Source: Anthoceros angustus
Taxonomy: Eukaryota > Plantae > Anthocerotophyta
NCBI GenBank assembly: GCA_010909165.1
Contig: MU008185.1
Span: 682,001-746,000 of the forward strand
Length of the DNA stretch: 64,000 bases
Direction: 5' to 3'
Below are positions 10,463 through 24,200 of this stretch, one piece after another (the first letter of the stretch is position 1; each line of letters starts with the position of its first letter). A program made the translations under genes and the position numbers. The notes below the pieces were generated by a model that saw only the letters and a list, made by a program, of their open reading frames with translations, did not search any database and was not told the DNA's origin.

Positions 10463-13279
10463 ATGGCGTCTGCCGGAGTGCGTTCGCGCGGAGCCATCTC
10501 CAAGCTCGCTTCCTCCATCTTGCGCCCGCAGCGACGTCGCGCCTCCAGCTCGCAGCAAGCTCGTATGCTCCATCTCCTGCTGGCTTGGCCCGGGTGCTGG
10601 GCAAACGCTGGAAACTTGTGCATGTAGAGTAGCTGAGCATGCTCCTTTATGCTTTTGTTTGTGGCTGAGGAAAGATTGTGCCGCCCCCGATCCCCTGCCA
10701 GTCCAGGCTTTCTGTGAGGTGGCATCGGTTGTGTCGATCGACCTTCTTTGCCAGCTCGATGTGCATTTGGAAGGCCGTTCATTTGAGGGACAAAGTAGTA
10801 ACTGTTGTGTCATGTTGGGGCGCGGAATTACTGGTCATTTTGCTGGATGTTGGGCAGAAATCGGACGGACGTTAAGGATTGTCGGTGTTTTTTGGCTTTT
10901 TTTTCTATTTGTTTTGCTGCATTCCAGTGTGGACGAGCGAGAGATGCCTTCCGACGGGGCTAGCGCGTGGGTATGGCGCTGCGGCTGCAGAAGAGGAAGA
11001 ACCCCTCAAGTCACCTTTTGAAGTCAAGTACACAAAGCTGCTGATCAATGGAGAATTTGTTGATGCAGCTTCTGGTATCGTGCTATGGCCCTAGTGCTTT
11101 CTTGTCGACCAGGTCTTGGTACCGGTGGGGACACTTGAGGCCTAAACAGTAGCGCCTTGGCAGGGAAGACGTTCCCCACGGTGGACCCACGAACAGAAGA
11201 AGTTATCGCCCATGTGGCAGAGGGTGATGAAGAAGACGTGAACAGAGCTGTCGCTGCTGCCAGGAAGGCTTTCAATGAGGGTCCATGGCCGAGATTGTCT
11301 GCCTATGTATGCAATTTGCACTGCCCTCGCTTTCCTTCCTTGCAAGAAGACTGGTCCTTTATGTTCAGAAGCGAGGCCGGTTGATTCCAGCCTGAAATAC
11401 TGATGGATTTTTTTGGTTTTCTGGTACCACAGGAAAGGTCAAAAGTTCTGAATCGATTTGCTGATCTTCTGGAGCAGCACAACGACGAGCTTGCAGCACT
11501 CGATACGTGGGACAATGGGAAACCTTATGCTCAAGCCAGAAATGGTGAAATTCCTCAAGTCGTCAGGAACTTCCGCTACTATGCAGGTAGGTTACACCAA
11601 CACTATTCTCTACCAGGTCTTGAACAGGTCGGCAGCTGCAGTGTGTCCGCTTTGAACCCGGCCCGCTTCCCTGACTGTTGGCAGGTTGGGTTGATAAGAT
11701 ACACGGTTTAACCATTCCCTCGGATGGACCATACCATGTCCAAACATACCATGAGCCGATTGGGGTAGTGGGTCAGATCATTCCATGGAATTTCCCCATG
11801 GTTATGTTTGCGTGGAAGGTAGCTCCTGCTCTGGCTGCGGGAAACACAATTGTTCTGAAAACAGCTGAGCAGACTCCGCTGTCAGCAATATTGGCTGGCA
11901 AGCTGGCTCTTGAGGTACGATACGACACGTTCATCTCGGTAGATTTGTAGTAAGATTGTAGTCTGCGAATATGATTTTCCAGTCCATGCTGTCTTCAGGC
12001 TGGGGTGCCACCAGGGGTTCTCAACATCATATCAGGTTATGGTCCGACTGCAGGGGCAGCCATATCAGGTCATAATGACATCGATAAGGTAAGGAATTTG
12101 TTTCTGTCTTATCTTTGCTATCGTTCCTACCCTAGCTGATATGGCTGTGGTGTTCCTCTGTGGGCTTACAACGTCTGGGAAGTCTTACCCGTCTTTTGTC
12201 AGGTTGCGTTCACTGGCTCAACGGAAGTTGGGAAGCTGATCCTGCAGTCGGCTGCCCAAAGTAACCTGAAGGCGGTGACTTTGGAACTCGGTGGAAAGTC
12301 ACCTTTCATCGTCTGCGAAGATGCTAATATAGATGCTGCCGTTGAGACAGCTCATTTTGCACTCTTCTTCAATCAGGTCTGTATTATGTGTGTCTGAGTA
12401 ATTTAACTTAGTGGTGATACACCATTCTGACCGTTCATATGCAGGGCCAATGCTGTTGTGCTGGATCCAGAACTTTTGTTCACGAGAGTATCTACGACGA
12501 GTTCCTGGAAAAGGCTAAGAATCGAGCCCTTAAGCGAATTGTAGGAGATCCTTTCAGGAGCGGAATTGAGCAGGGTCCTCAAGTAAGCTTGTGTTAACAG
12601 CTCCTTTCGAGTACTGGATGTTGAAAAGGTCCAACCCAGTTTGTGCATGTTGCAGGTAGATGCAGAGCAATTTGAGAAAGTCTTGGGTTACATCAACCAA
12701 GGTCAGCAAGAAGGTGCAACGCTACTGACTGGGGGCCAAAGGTTTGGCAAGAAGGGTTACTACATCCAGCCAACCATTTTCTCCGATGTCAAGGTAAGGT
12801 CATGCGCTCTTCATATTGACATCCTGACCAGGTAACCGATGCTGTGACTCTGCCAATGTCAGGATAACATGAAGATCTCTCAGGAAGAGATTTTCGGACC
12901 AGTTCAGATCATCACGAAGTTCAGGTGAGTTTGCAGCACTCCAGGTTGACCAGACACACTGTATCTACGTAGGCAAACAAAAGGCTTATCGTGCTGCTCT
13001 CGCAGAACCCTGGAGGAAGTGGCCAGGAGGGCAAACGACACTATTTACGGACTGGCAGCTGGGGTGTACACCAACAACTTGAACACGGCTAACACGCTGA
13101 GCCGGGCGCTAAGAGTCGGTAGCGTGTGGCTCAACTGCTACGATATCTTCGATGCCGCCATTCCCTTCGGGGGTTACAAGCAGAGTGGGTTAGGAAGGGA
13201 GAAGGGTGTTTACGGTCTTCAGAACTACTTACAGGTAAAGGCTGTTGTGCAGCCGCTCGAGAATCCGTTCTGGAGGTGA
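10463..13279 (+). CDS. ALDH2B: Mitochondrial aldehyde dehydrogenase family 2 (multi-exon)
   Basis: Arg/Ser-rich transit-peptide exon ([26 protein letters not shown]); motifs [66 protein letters not shown]; GT-AG introns. An in-frame upstream ATG at 10442 is an alternative start. Confidence 0.96.
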
Positions 13280-13418
13280 AAACGTCAGGCTTGGCGCGAT
13301 TGAGCCCGCGCCCTTCCGTTCTGTGTGGGTAGGGCTACGCGGGGTTGGTTGCCGGCTGCAGCCGCCCGGCGCAGTCCGGCGTATTGCCGACGTATTTTAT
13401 TTAAGTTATGGTGTGTGG

Positions 13419-13501
13419 TTATCAGCTGTCAGTTCAGCTTTCAGTTTATCAGCTGTTAGTTCAGCTTTCAGTTTATCAGCTGTTAGTTCAGCTTTAAGTT
13501 T
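13419..13501 (+). repeat. 27-bp tandem repeat x3 (TTATCAGCTGTTAGTTCAGCTTTCAGT)
   Basis: Directly visible, downstream of the ALDH stop. Confidence 0.9.
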
Positions 13502-13879
13502 ACTCCAGTTATAAGTTTACTCTCTGGAAAGTTACAACAAAAAAATTGTTGCTGCCCGGATAACTTTGCACGAGTCGGGAATGCTGGATTTAGCTGACGA
13601 AAACAACCACCAATCGGCGTCAAACCCGTCGATATCCGTCCTTCCTGACATTCCAACTCCCCAACTGACACCGTGGGTACAAGCAGTAACGAGGAAACGA
13701 GATTGCATGTAGACATACATCTTATGAAGTATATGTAGGTCACTTGACTGCCCTGAAGACAGCTTACATTCAAGATACATTCACGTGGAAACGTACCTGA
13801 CCCCAATTCATAATGGGGCCGAAGTTAATCAGGTCTACAGATGATTTACTACTTAGACACTACGAAGGATGGCTCTCCA

Positions 13880-16800
13880 TCAATGCATAAAATGGCAAGT
13901 GTCCCCTCGTTTGCAATAACCATTCTTAAAAAATTTGCAGGGAGTCTCTTTTCTAGCCTCTCTTGTTGCATAACTGGACGCTCTACTAACTCGTGAACTA
14001 TCACGCCTGTCATCGTCGTGGGTTCTCCAGCTTGGCCTTCCACTCCCACCGTCACGAGGGGAGCCCCAACCTCCAGAGCTTCTAGGAGGGCTCCTAGCAA
14101 CGCTCTCAACCCCCTTGCTGCTCCAAACCCCATTGCCCACCATTCTATTGGTTGATGGCCAAGCTTCCACTTCTTTCTGCATATTCTCTGGCTCTGTCGG
14201 AGACCACAACCCACCTTCAGCTTTCAGCCTTGGCTGGAAAGAAGGATCCACCCTGGTGCCTGCACCGTCCCAATCCACCCGTGCAGGTCGGGCGACACGA
14301 TCGCCGCCAATGCCTGCACCCCAGCTGGCCACCCTGCCTACGGTGTCGGCACCTTCTCGACCACCCCAAGTGGTGGCACCTCCGTTCTCTGGCCATGGCT
14401 CAACCAACCTGTTGGACATCCCGCCGCCATTCACGGCAGCTGTTGTACCACCAAGGGCAAATTGGGAACCACCTTGCAACTGAACACCGTAGTCCACCAG
14501 AGGATTAACTTGAGGAATGGAACTTCGAACATCTCGCACCTGTCTAAGACTTGACCCAGCCAAAGCGTCAACTAGCAAGATAAAGTCATCCTGCGATGAC
14601 TTCCAAATCCTCAGGTCAACAGGGAAAAGTCCTGTTGTGTTCCACTTTCTCAGTTGTTCCATGCTGAAAGGACCTTGCAGGTTGCCTTGGGGATCCCGGT
14701 AGTGCCATACTCTCTCCTTCTCCAAGGCATCTCCAGCTGCCACAGTTACTTGTGCTGCTGGTGGAACACCAACAAGATTTGGTACACCAGCCATCAATGA
14801 CGAGGCAGCCAGCAGTGTCTCTCGCTTATAAGGAAAATCTCCTCGTTCTTCCGTGACAGCTGGATCAGAGTATGAAACCCTGGGATCAGCCCTGTTATAC
14901 TGACTGCTTGAAGTTATTTCAGATTTCTCCAACCATCTGTCAGATGATGGACCACTCCTCTCTGTTCCCTTCCAACTGGAACCGCCTGACCGTTCTCGGG
15001 GCTGGTCCCGCTGATTTCGCCAAAGATCTTTGTCCCATGTGCTCCTTTTCTTCTCCCGTTCTGCACGTCCATCACTTTCCCCACCATACACCTTCGTTTG
15101 ACCAAATGAAACCTTTGCACTAGATCGCTCTACGTGGTCATCCTTGGATCTGCTTTTCTTCTCTTGGGAAGAATGCTTAGACCTGAAGCTGTCCCGTTCC
15201 CCTTTCAATGCATGACTATCATCCGCATTGTCATATGCGTCCTTGTCCTTTCCACGAGAAGGGCTCTTATCCCATGTATCTGTCCACAAACAAAGGTACA
15301 AACCATCACATAATATGTCCAGATAACCAAACCACAGCAGCCATTGTTAAGTCTCACCATGAATACCTGGATCACTGTTATGCTTGTTATCCGAGTCAGA
15401 CTCGTATGCAGGATCCATGCGGGGATCGGCAGCAACTTCAGGTCTGGCTAGTAACTTGGCAGCTCGGAATGATGGCTTGTTGAGCTCCTTCAGCTTCTCC
15501 ACACATTCTCTCAACGTGCATCCAGGAAGGGGTTAAGGTAGTACTCTCTTGATAACTGGAAACAGAAGAGGTGGTGTAACACCAGCTATGCAGTGACTCA
15601 TGCGTACTACTGTTACCCTAAGCATGAAATTCAACTACACGACCAAAAGGATATTCTTTTTTCCGTCCAGTTTCACTTGCACGGTCCCTAAGACTAGTAA
15701 GCCTAGCCTGCTCAGTTTCAAACCACTGCAAACAAGAAAAACCTCTCAGAAAGTAGGAAGACCACAGGTCCAGAGTTCACTACAGTAACCGGTATAAATC
15801 TAGTGATAGGCAGCAGGAGTATAGGCCAACTGAAAAGACTTACGTCATTGAACTTCGCAGCCTGAAGAGCCATGGCTTTTTCTTCTAGCTCTCCCTGCAA
15901 ATAATTGAGCATGATATAAAAAGTGGCTAGTCTCAAACCTTTGCTGCAGCTCTTGCTCAAGAACAACAGGCTCACAAGACCACTAAGAGTACATACCACA
16001 GTAGGTGCTTTTATGAACCCGCATTTTATGCTTTGCCGCAACCTCTGGCACTCCTCCTAAAAGGACAAAAAAGGGATATCAGCAACCTGCTGAAGATAAC
16101 AATTATAGGTGTGAACAATCAGGCAGAAAGTCACAAAATGTCATCAGGAAGAAAGTCACAAAGCTGATAGATCAGGACTCAAAAATACAGAGACTGACGA
16201 GACATGGGCATTACTCTGCCAAGGAAGCATAAACACCATTCCAACTGTCTCGACCATCAGCAGCTCTAACTGACCTCAGTAAAGTCTTGATTTGATACAA
16301 GGTCGACAGTGACCTCCTCCTTTTTCTGCAGGTTGAGGATTTCCAGAACAACGTCTGTCATTTTTCGTCCTGCCTTGTAGACCTCTGGCTGTGATTTTGT
16401 TCCTGTAGAGCTGAATCGTTAGGCCCAGCTAGCCTGAATAAGAACAGAAACTAATCCAGCACAATCGGCCAGTAGGATCAGCGATGAACATATTACCAAT
16501 GATTTGCACTAGTCTGTAGCACATCTCTGTCTTGCTCGTCATGCCAGGGACCCGAATTCGCACAAAAGCCGAAACAGCTTTGGTACTGAAGTCAGGATCA
16601 TCAAGCAGAAACTCTAATAGCGCTCGCTTTAGATAGATTAACTCGATATTTTTCCTGGACACCGCCGCATAGGCCTTGGTATCTGGCCTGTCAAAGTCTT
16701 TCTTCTTCGGCTTTCGCTTGTCCTTCGACTTGCCTGACTTATCATCTGGAGTGCTCTCCAGCTCAGCCAGAGCATCCCCAGTTACAGCCGGAGGAATAGA

Positions 16801-19589
16801 CGTAGCAGTAGTAGCAGCACGCTTTCCAGATCTTGCTCTCTTAGCCTTAGGAGGATAGTGCTCCATCAGAAGCCTGAATATTTCAACTTGTCGGACTTCT
16901 TTTTGCCCAAAAAGGGCTTGCAGCTTTTCATCACAATATATCAAGGTCTTTTCACGAGGATCCTGGAGTTTATGTTGTTTGATATGAATCCAAAGTAATT
17001 TGTTGACAGCAAAATTATTCAGAGGCTTTTGACCGTCCTGATCCATGGACTTCACAAAATCTATAAGTTCTTTTGATGCCCAGCCATCAAACTGACGGGT
17101 CACAGGTTTGTCTGCATCAGCCTCTTCTTCCTCTGCTACTTCATAATCAGCATCATGAGTTCGAGCATCTTCTGCATTGCTCTTGCCTCCGGATCTATGC
17201 CTTCGAACATCAGAACCTGCCTCCTCCAGCTCTTCCTCATCTTGACCTTTCTCTGAATCTGACGCATCACCATCATCATCACCATCATCATCATTTTCCG
17301 ACTCCGATTCAGAGGCCCCATTTACAACTGTAACACCACCTTCAATGACCTTTCCATGCTCATCAAATTCTGGAAGGGTTATTTCAAGACGCTGCTTGAG
17401 ATCCCTCCAATACTCTTTGAAAAGGTACTCAGAAGTTTCCCGATCATTGAAATCTACAGCCACCTGCACAGCAGTTGTTTTCATACATTCCATCAGAAAA
17501 TATTTGAGGACTTAAAAGGAACATGATTTTCAAGTCCTCAAAAAGAAGAGGGAAGAGGAATGTGTCAACATCAACACCTGGCACAACAATTTATTACTTG
17601 TCCTGGAAAGCGGCCTTACCCCGTCCGAGTTTATTGACACGCCCTTTTCAATCATGTTCACAATTGGTCGGCATTCTGAACATAGACCTTTCCTTTTCGA
17701 GATACAAAGAAAATCCACGTCCTTTCTACAGGTGGGGCAATAGCCTGTGGGACATGTGTAGCACTGAAAACTTGCTGCCTTCGTACACACACAACAATAG
17801 TGCCACCCTGTTGCCACAGAAAGTATATTGATTAGAGGCATGACCCAGGACATACGAGCAGGTGCTTATAAAGGAACAATTTCTGCCTGTCAAACCATGG
17901 AAAGACTCAGGAAAGCATTCTCGGTGTTTGAGAAGCAACGGTTTAATTTCTCCAATAACACAACCTTTGGGCAACGGCATTAATGCAGCTTCTCTGCCTC
18001 ACTCTTAAAGAACCAGGGATAACGGTAGTTTACCACAGATCCAAGCCCCTTTCTTCTCAAAGAACTTTCTGTCGCGCCCAATACAGTCGAGATGATACGC
18101 TTTGGGACATGTTCTGCAACAACGAGCATAACCACATGAAGTGGCAGATCAAGTTAGAAAGGAATCTCTCCGCTGGTTCCACCTCCCTCCAATAAGAAGG
18201 CGTCATTTACCCTCATCCAAAGGGATCCCACCTCCTCTCTAAATCCTAAAAAGAGAGAATCAGCTACCCAAACTCCAAAACGGAACAGGTAAAGGAAAGC
18301 TGAGTAGCTACAGAGGTTTCCCTCCCAGACCCAGACCTGCAGCAAACTGTAACAAACAGAAGCCTGACATACCTTCGATCACATAACACAAGATCTCCAC
18401 CGTCAAAGCACATGAAGCAAACATCCTCCTCCTCTCTAGCAGTCTCCTTGGCAAGCTCCCTTGCTTGGTCTGTGGACTGACTCTTTCTCCCTCTTTTTCC
18501 CTTCCTGGTGGTTCCTGGACTATCACAAGGCCGTTTCTTCTCGTTCCTCACATCAGCCGACAAATATTCACCACTGCCCTGCAACTCCGCCTCCTTCCGT
18601 AGATCCGAGCGAGCAGACGCAAGACGCTGTTGCATCCCATCCTGCTCCCTCTCTGCTGCCTCATAAAGTTCCATCTCACGCTGCAGTTCGGTCTTCTGTG
18701 GAGATGGTGACTCAGCCGACAGATCTGGGGCAGCATGCAGCACATGATCCTGGACGTCATCCTGAGCGTTAGCCGGGTGCTCCACACCAGATGCATCCCG
18801 CTCCACAGTGCTGCCATCATGCTGGTAGCCGCCATCCTCGGATACTATCGATGTTGTACCCTCCCTTGGTTCTTGCACTTGCACACTATCATCCGATGGT
18901 GCAATATCTCCATGCTCGCTAGCATCCTGGAGCTGTGTTAATTCTGTATTTTCCGACTTGGCGCCATCAGCTCCCAGATCGACACCAGAATCGGGCCGGG
19001 TAGATGAGCTTCTAACTTCACCGGAGACAGCGAACTGCAGTATGCCTTCCATTCGAGGCGTGCCATCATCTGGCTTCTTAATTTCTGTGTGCGCAGGGTG
19101 CATTTCAGTGTCCTCCTCCACAGCCAGAGGCGACTTTGGGAGTACAACTTCAAGAGTAATTTCTGGACCAGCTGTTGCCACAGTCTCGCTACAATCTACT
19201 ACGCCTAAGGGTTCAATTTTCTGACGAGGTGGCGATTGGGGAAGGGGATGCAATTCCACATCTTCTATCGCTTTCGACCGCACAGGACTGCCCTGACCTA
19301 CCGAGACTAAGGACTCCTCGCCACGGGCCACTCCCTCATCCTCCACCGCAACATACTCCTCCTCAGCACCTGCTGCTTTCACCTCTCCCGCGCCAGCCTC
19401 CGCCTCCTCTCCGGCTCCCGCATCTTGAGCAACAAGAGGCACATCGAGGTCCATGGCCGACGACACCTGATCTGCGATTGCACACTCCGGCGCTGCCGTT
19501 GTCGACGGAACCGACGAGTCCTCAGCCATGGCCTCCGGCAACTGCTCCTCCCCGGGCTCAACCACCGCCTCATCCATCACCTCATCCAT
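13880..19589 (-). CDS. NERD: NERD / C3H19-C3H44-type protein: PHD + SWIB + Plus3 + GYF + CCCH zinc finger (multi-exon)
   Basis: EEDVCFMCFDGGDLVLCDRR (PHD); WASKELIDFV...LLWIHIKQHKLQDP..K..IYCDEKLQALFG (SWIB); IELIYLKR...FVRIRV...YRLVQI (Plus3); WHYRDPQGNLQGPFSMEQLRKW (GYF); CKFFKNGYCKRGDTCHFMH* (CCCH). Confidence 0.93.
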
Positions 19590-21029
19590 GGGATTCAACT
19601 TTCCAAGCCCCGAGCCAGCTGCCCCCTTCAATTCATCCAGCGAGCTCCCTCCCCGCCGGCTGCTAGGTTCGATCTTGCCGCATCCTCACCTGGGGCGACC
19701 TGCGTGCTGGTGCGTAGGGTGGAGCAGGGCGCATGCGTCCCAGGCCTGGCCACTGTTGCGGCAGCCGCTCCAGCGGTGCGGTGCGGTAGGCAGGACTGAG
19801 CGCGTGGCCTGCGGGGGCGGTAATCTCGGTCCTGCACTGCGCTCGTGGACTCAGTTTGGTCGCAACCTTGCTTTCCAGCCTCCTTCTCTTTCGACGGGTG
19901 GGCAGGGGTGCGCTGGGCTCGGCTGGGCTGGGCCTGGCTGAAGTGGAGAGATGATTAGGGTGTGTAGTCGTTGTAGCTCTTGCCCTCAATCTATGTACCT
20001 GAGAAAACCCTAGACTTGCCTGCCCCCTTTGGCGATTGGTAGGTTCCTGTTTCTCACTGATCTTTATCCATTCACAACCACCTTTTCTCTTCCCCTTCAC
20101 AACACACCAGCGTTATGCAACTTGTCCTTTCCACGTCTCCCTGGTCGCTTCGCTTACTGCACTCAAACAGCCGCACCTCGTTGCCCTCTAGTGTATCCTT
20201 TAGCCCTACCGTCCCGAATATGGCCACGTAGCTACATACTTTATTTTTGTCCTAGGAACATGAGAGGCGAGACTAGCTCGCCCCTATTATAGTTAAGGCG
20301 ACCCCTTTGTCTTTAACCCCGTAAAGGCATTATCATGTTTTATCTTGGATCTCTACCTCCTTTGGATCTTTTTTTTCGGGGTAGATGGTTTTTTTCCATC
20401 TCGTTTTCCAACATAAAGTCTCCTTTCTGCTATTTTGGATCTTCTTATAGGTTATGGATATCCTTTATTCTGAATATACTAAAATATTTATTATATATTA
20501 TATAATTATGTTTACAATCAGATTGTAAACACATTACGCAATCTACCAGGGCAACAAAATGTGGTTATCAACACCCTTTCAGCTATTGCGATTCAAGACT
20601 GTTCCAAGTTAGCTCTCCACAATGCTATGTAAAGCAATGTTTGAGGCAATAATCTAAGCTACAACAGCTCGCTCTTCTTTTATATCTCGCAAGCTCACCC
20701 CATCTTCTGGCTACTCTTCCCGGCAACTCTTTGCCTACCCATGAGCTTGTCTTCTTGGATTTTCGGTTCACCCTCTTAGCCCTTCTTATGTCACTCACTC
20801 TTTAGCTCTCTTTTCACTTGTCTCCTCTTCCCCCGCCCCAAGCCTCCAAACAAGTAAAGCCTCCAAACAAAGTAAAAATTACTTGCTTAGATTAATTCAA
20901 TTTTCGCTTTGATAGTTATAGACAAGTTAAGTTAAGGGAGAAAATTAACAACAACTGTGGCAGACAACAAACGAGAAATTATAACAAAGAAAGAGGACAA
21001 GTACAAGGAGAGTGGTAATAACAGTCCAA

Positions 21030-21260
21030 GTCTCCCCCAACCTATCCCCAGCCCAAATTAGTTGACTTCCATTTGGAATTTTAAGTTGAAGCCCTCCTTG
21101 TCCATCGCCGTCTACGGCGTCAGTTGCAATTCCTTGTGCTATGGAAGGGCTATGCACAGGCGGACGCTACCTAGGAGCCTCTCTTCCACCTTACGAATTG
21201 CCCGTAGGTCCTGCATTGGTATCTTTTCACTCATCCAGAACTTCGAGACGAAGTTCTCCC
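21030..21260 (+). mobile_element. Chromovirus (Ty3/gypsy) chromodomain remnant
   Basis: Reads ...VEALLVHRRLRRQLQFLVLWKGYAQADAT*EPL..L..CP with stops. Confidence 0.7.
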
Positions 21261-24200
21261 CCTCGCCTCCCTCCCGTCCCAGTTCGCTTATTTCATTTGT
21301 GCGGATGTTTTTACACGCTTCCCAATCCTCCTCTAGCTGCCATCATCGATCACTACATTGAATGCCCGTGTGGCATCCTTTTGTTACCTAGCCGTTCCAG
21401 GGATTAGCCCCGATAAGCCTTAATTATAAATCGGTATGTCCTACGTGCTATGCATCATGAGGGCATGGCCATGAATCCATGTATGTGCATCTATGGCAAT
21501 GCTTATTTCCCACATCACTTTAGCAGCTTGGCTCATTGTTTTAGGCTCATGACCCTTCGAAGAAAGGAATGGATGTCTGAGCGGTTGAAAGTGTCGCTCG
21601 TGAAAATCGAAGTATTTTGAATACCGAGAGTAAGCTGCCATACATTATCTATATATATAGTCACCTATTTCTATTCACCAAAGTTGTATTTATCTACTAC
21701 ATATACAGGCTGTGCCTCGACATAGGTTTGACCTCTTTAAACTATGCAAATTTTTTTTAAGCTCAGAATTTTCTTGCTCTAGTCTACTCTAATTTTAGAC
21801 TAGCTATAAATTTTGCAAACTTAATCAAAGCAAAACGTGATGAAATATTACTTCAACCTTCACTATTAAGAGATTGATGGCCTTTATTGGAATTAAGGAT
21901 GGTGAAGAATTTTCTTTGCCTATAATATGTTTTTCTTTCCCATACTTGAACTCCTGCACTGCAATGAATAGTAGAAGGTAGTATATAGTCTATGTCTAAT
22001 TAGAGCGCATTGAAAACTTGTGAGGCTGTGGGATTAACAATCTGTGACACGGTAAAAGAACCAACCCATCTATGGGAAAGTTTTGGAACACCATACACAA
22101 GGGGAAGGTTTTTAGCAGAAAGTAACACCAAGTCGCCCACCTGAAATGTCTGCAGTCTGGCACGAGCATCATGAGCCTATTTCTGGCGATTTTTGGCTAT
22201 GAACATGTGTTTTCGGGCTTCTTGCAATGCCTGCGCATAGTGATGAAGAAAGTGTGATGCGGCCGGGGCAGCGAACTGAGGAAAATGTGAGGATAGCATA
22301 GTACGTGGATGCCGACCGGTGTTGAGAAGAAACAATGTGTGCCCCGTACTTGTGTGATATCCATTGTTGATTGCAAACTCCACCATGGTAATGTATTCAT
22401 CCCATCGGTCTTGATTCTGGTTAGCATACGCGCGCAACGTGGTTTCCACAACGTGGTTGGCTTTCTCGGCCAACCCGTCAATTTGAGGGTGGTAGGCCGT
22501 CGAGAATCACTGTTGCTGCCCAGTCCTTTATGTAGTTCAGTCCAAAAGATGCTGAGGAATCTGGGGTCCCTATCTGAGATAAGGATGGCAACTAGACCAT
22601 GAAATCTAAATAAGTGATCCATGAATAGTCGAGCAGTTTGGGAGCATCACATGTGGTGGTAATAGGTGCCAGGTGAACCATTTTTGTAAATTGATCGATG
22701 AACACAAGTAGGACATCATGCCCGTGGGGCGAGATTGACACAAGGGAGCGCGGGCGGGAGCGGGGGCAAGGGCGCGCGCGCGCGGGTGTCATCCATGAAA
22801 CGCCAAGTACTCGAGGGCGTGGGCAGGGGTTGTCCCATTATAAAATCCATATGGACATAGTAGCACGGTAGTGAGGGTGTGGTCAGAGGTTGAGCCAAGC
22901 CTGTTGGACACCACGTAGTAATCTTAATCCTTTGACAAATGTCACAGTGGTTGACGAATTCTTGCACATCCTAATGCATACCAAGCCAATAGTACAGTTG
23001 TTGAAGGGCTGCTAAAGTACACTGCCATCTTGGATGACCAACTGAGGGTACCTCATGTGCTGCTTTAAGTGCAAATGTACATGAGATTTGGTATATACAA
23101 TCGGTGATGGTAATACAAGAGGCCTTCCTGCCATGCCCAACCTATTTCCATCCTTCCAGGTTTAAGCTTACAAGCTAGAGGGTCAGCTGATAAATCGTCC
23201 TTGAGCTCCGTAAGCCACTCATGATTAGTATGTACTTGACACTAGATTGTACAAAGTAGTCTGCTAAGTGCATCAGCAACCTTGTTGTCTGCCCCTGACT
23301 TGTATTTAACATTGAAAGTGAACTGTTGAAAGAATTCTAACCACCTAGCCTGCTTTCTTGATAGTTGAGGTTGGGTCTGCAAGTACTTAAGGGGGTTGTG
23401 ATTAGTTTCCAATGTGAGAGTTGTCCCTTCCAAGTAACATTGCCAATGTCTAAGGGCCAGGACTTGCACTAGTGCCTCTTTTTCGTGTGTGGAGTAGTTC
23501 AATTTAGCTGGTTTCAGCTTCTTGCTAAAATAGGCTAGCAGTTGTAATTCGGTTAAAAGCCTAGGACACATGGTAGGAGTACATGGAGTCACAATGGACC
23601 TACCTAAGGTCCAGGTTATTAAGGACTGGCCAGTACTCCGAGCCATCTCACAGTTACAGTCTTTCTTGGGACTCGCGTCTTATTACAGGAAGTTTATTAT
23701 GGATTTTGCCCGGATTACAATTCCTCTGACTAACCTGCTGAAAGGGATCCGGGTTTGGGTGTGGGATAAGACATGTCAAAGGGCATTTGATATAGTCAAG
23801 GGTAAACTGCAAACTGCACCAGTACTGGCACATCCCTAAATCCAATTACCTTTTGTGGTGGCCACGGATGCTTTGGATGCTGCAGTTGGAGCTGTCCTGC
23901 AACAAGATCAAACATGGATAACATCCTTATTTATGCGGCTACACGGGAAGACCATGATAAGTTATTAACAAAGGTCTTGACTCGACTGAGGAGAGAAAAG
24001 TTGTACGCTAAAAAGCACAAATGTAAGTTCCTGCAGCACACAGAACTCCCTTGTCTATCAGGTGTGCTAAGATCCTATTAATAAGAGTTTGAAATGTAGC
24101 TGGTGCATTTCTCATCCCGAACAACATCACTAGCCATTTATAGTGTCCATATCATGTAGTATTGAAGGCTGTTTTCTCAACATCATCCAGTGCAATCCTT

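Noticed and set aside
10311-11021. Overlapping ORFs around the ALDH2 5' end
   Set aside because: Explained by ALDH2 exon 1, intron 1 and exon 2 in GC-rich sequence.
19628-19636. Minimal uORF ATG-AAT-TGA upstream of NERD
   Set aside because: Such 3-codon ORFs arise by chance and the TSS is unknown.
21030-21720. Chromodomain remnant as the inverted 3' end of the 22-33 kb gypsy
   Set aside because: The adjacent sequence does not match the putative LTR at 33179-33460; treated as a separate remnant.
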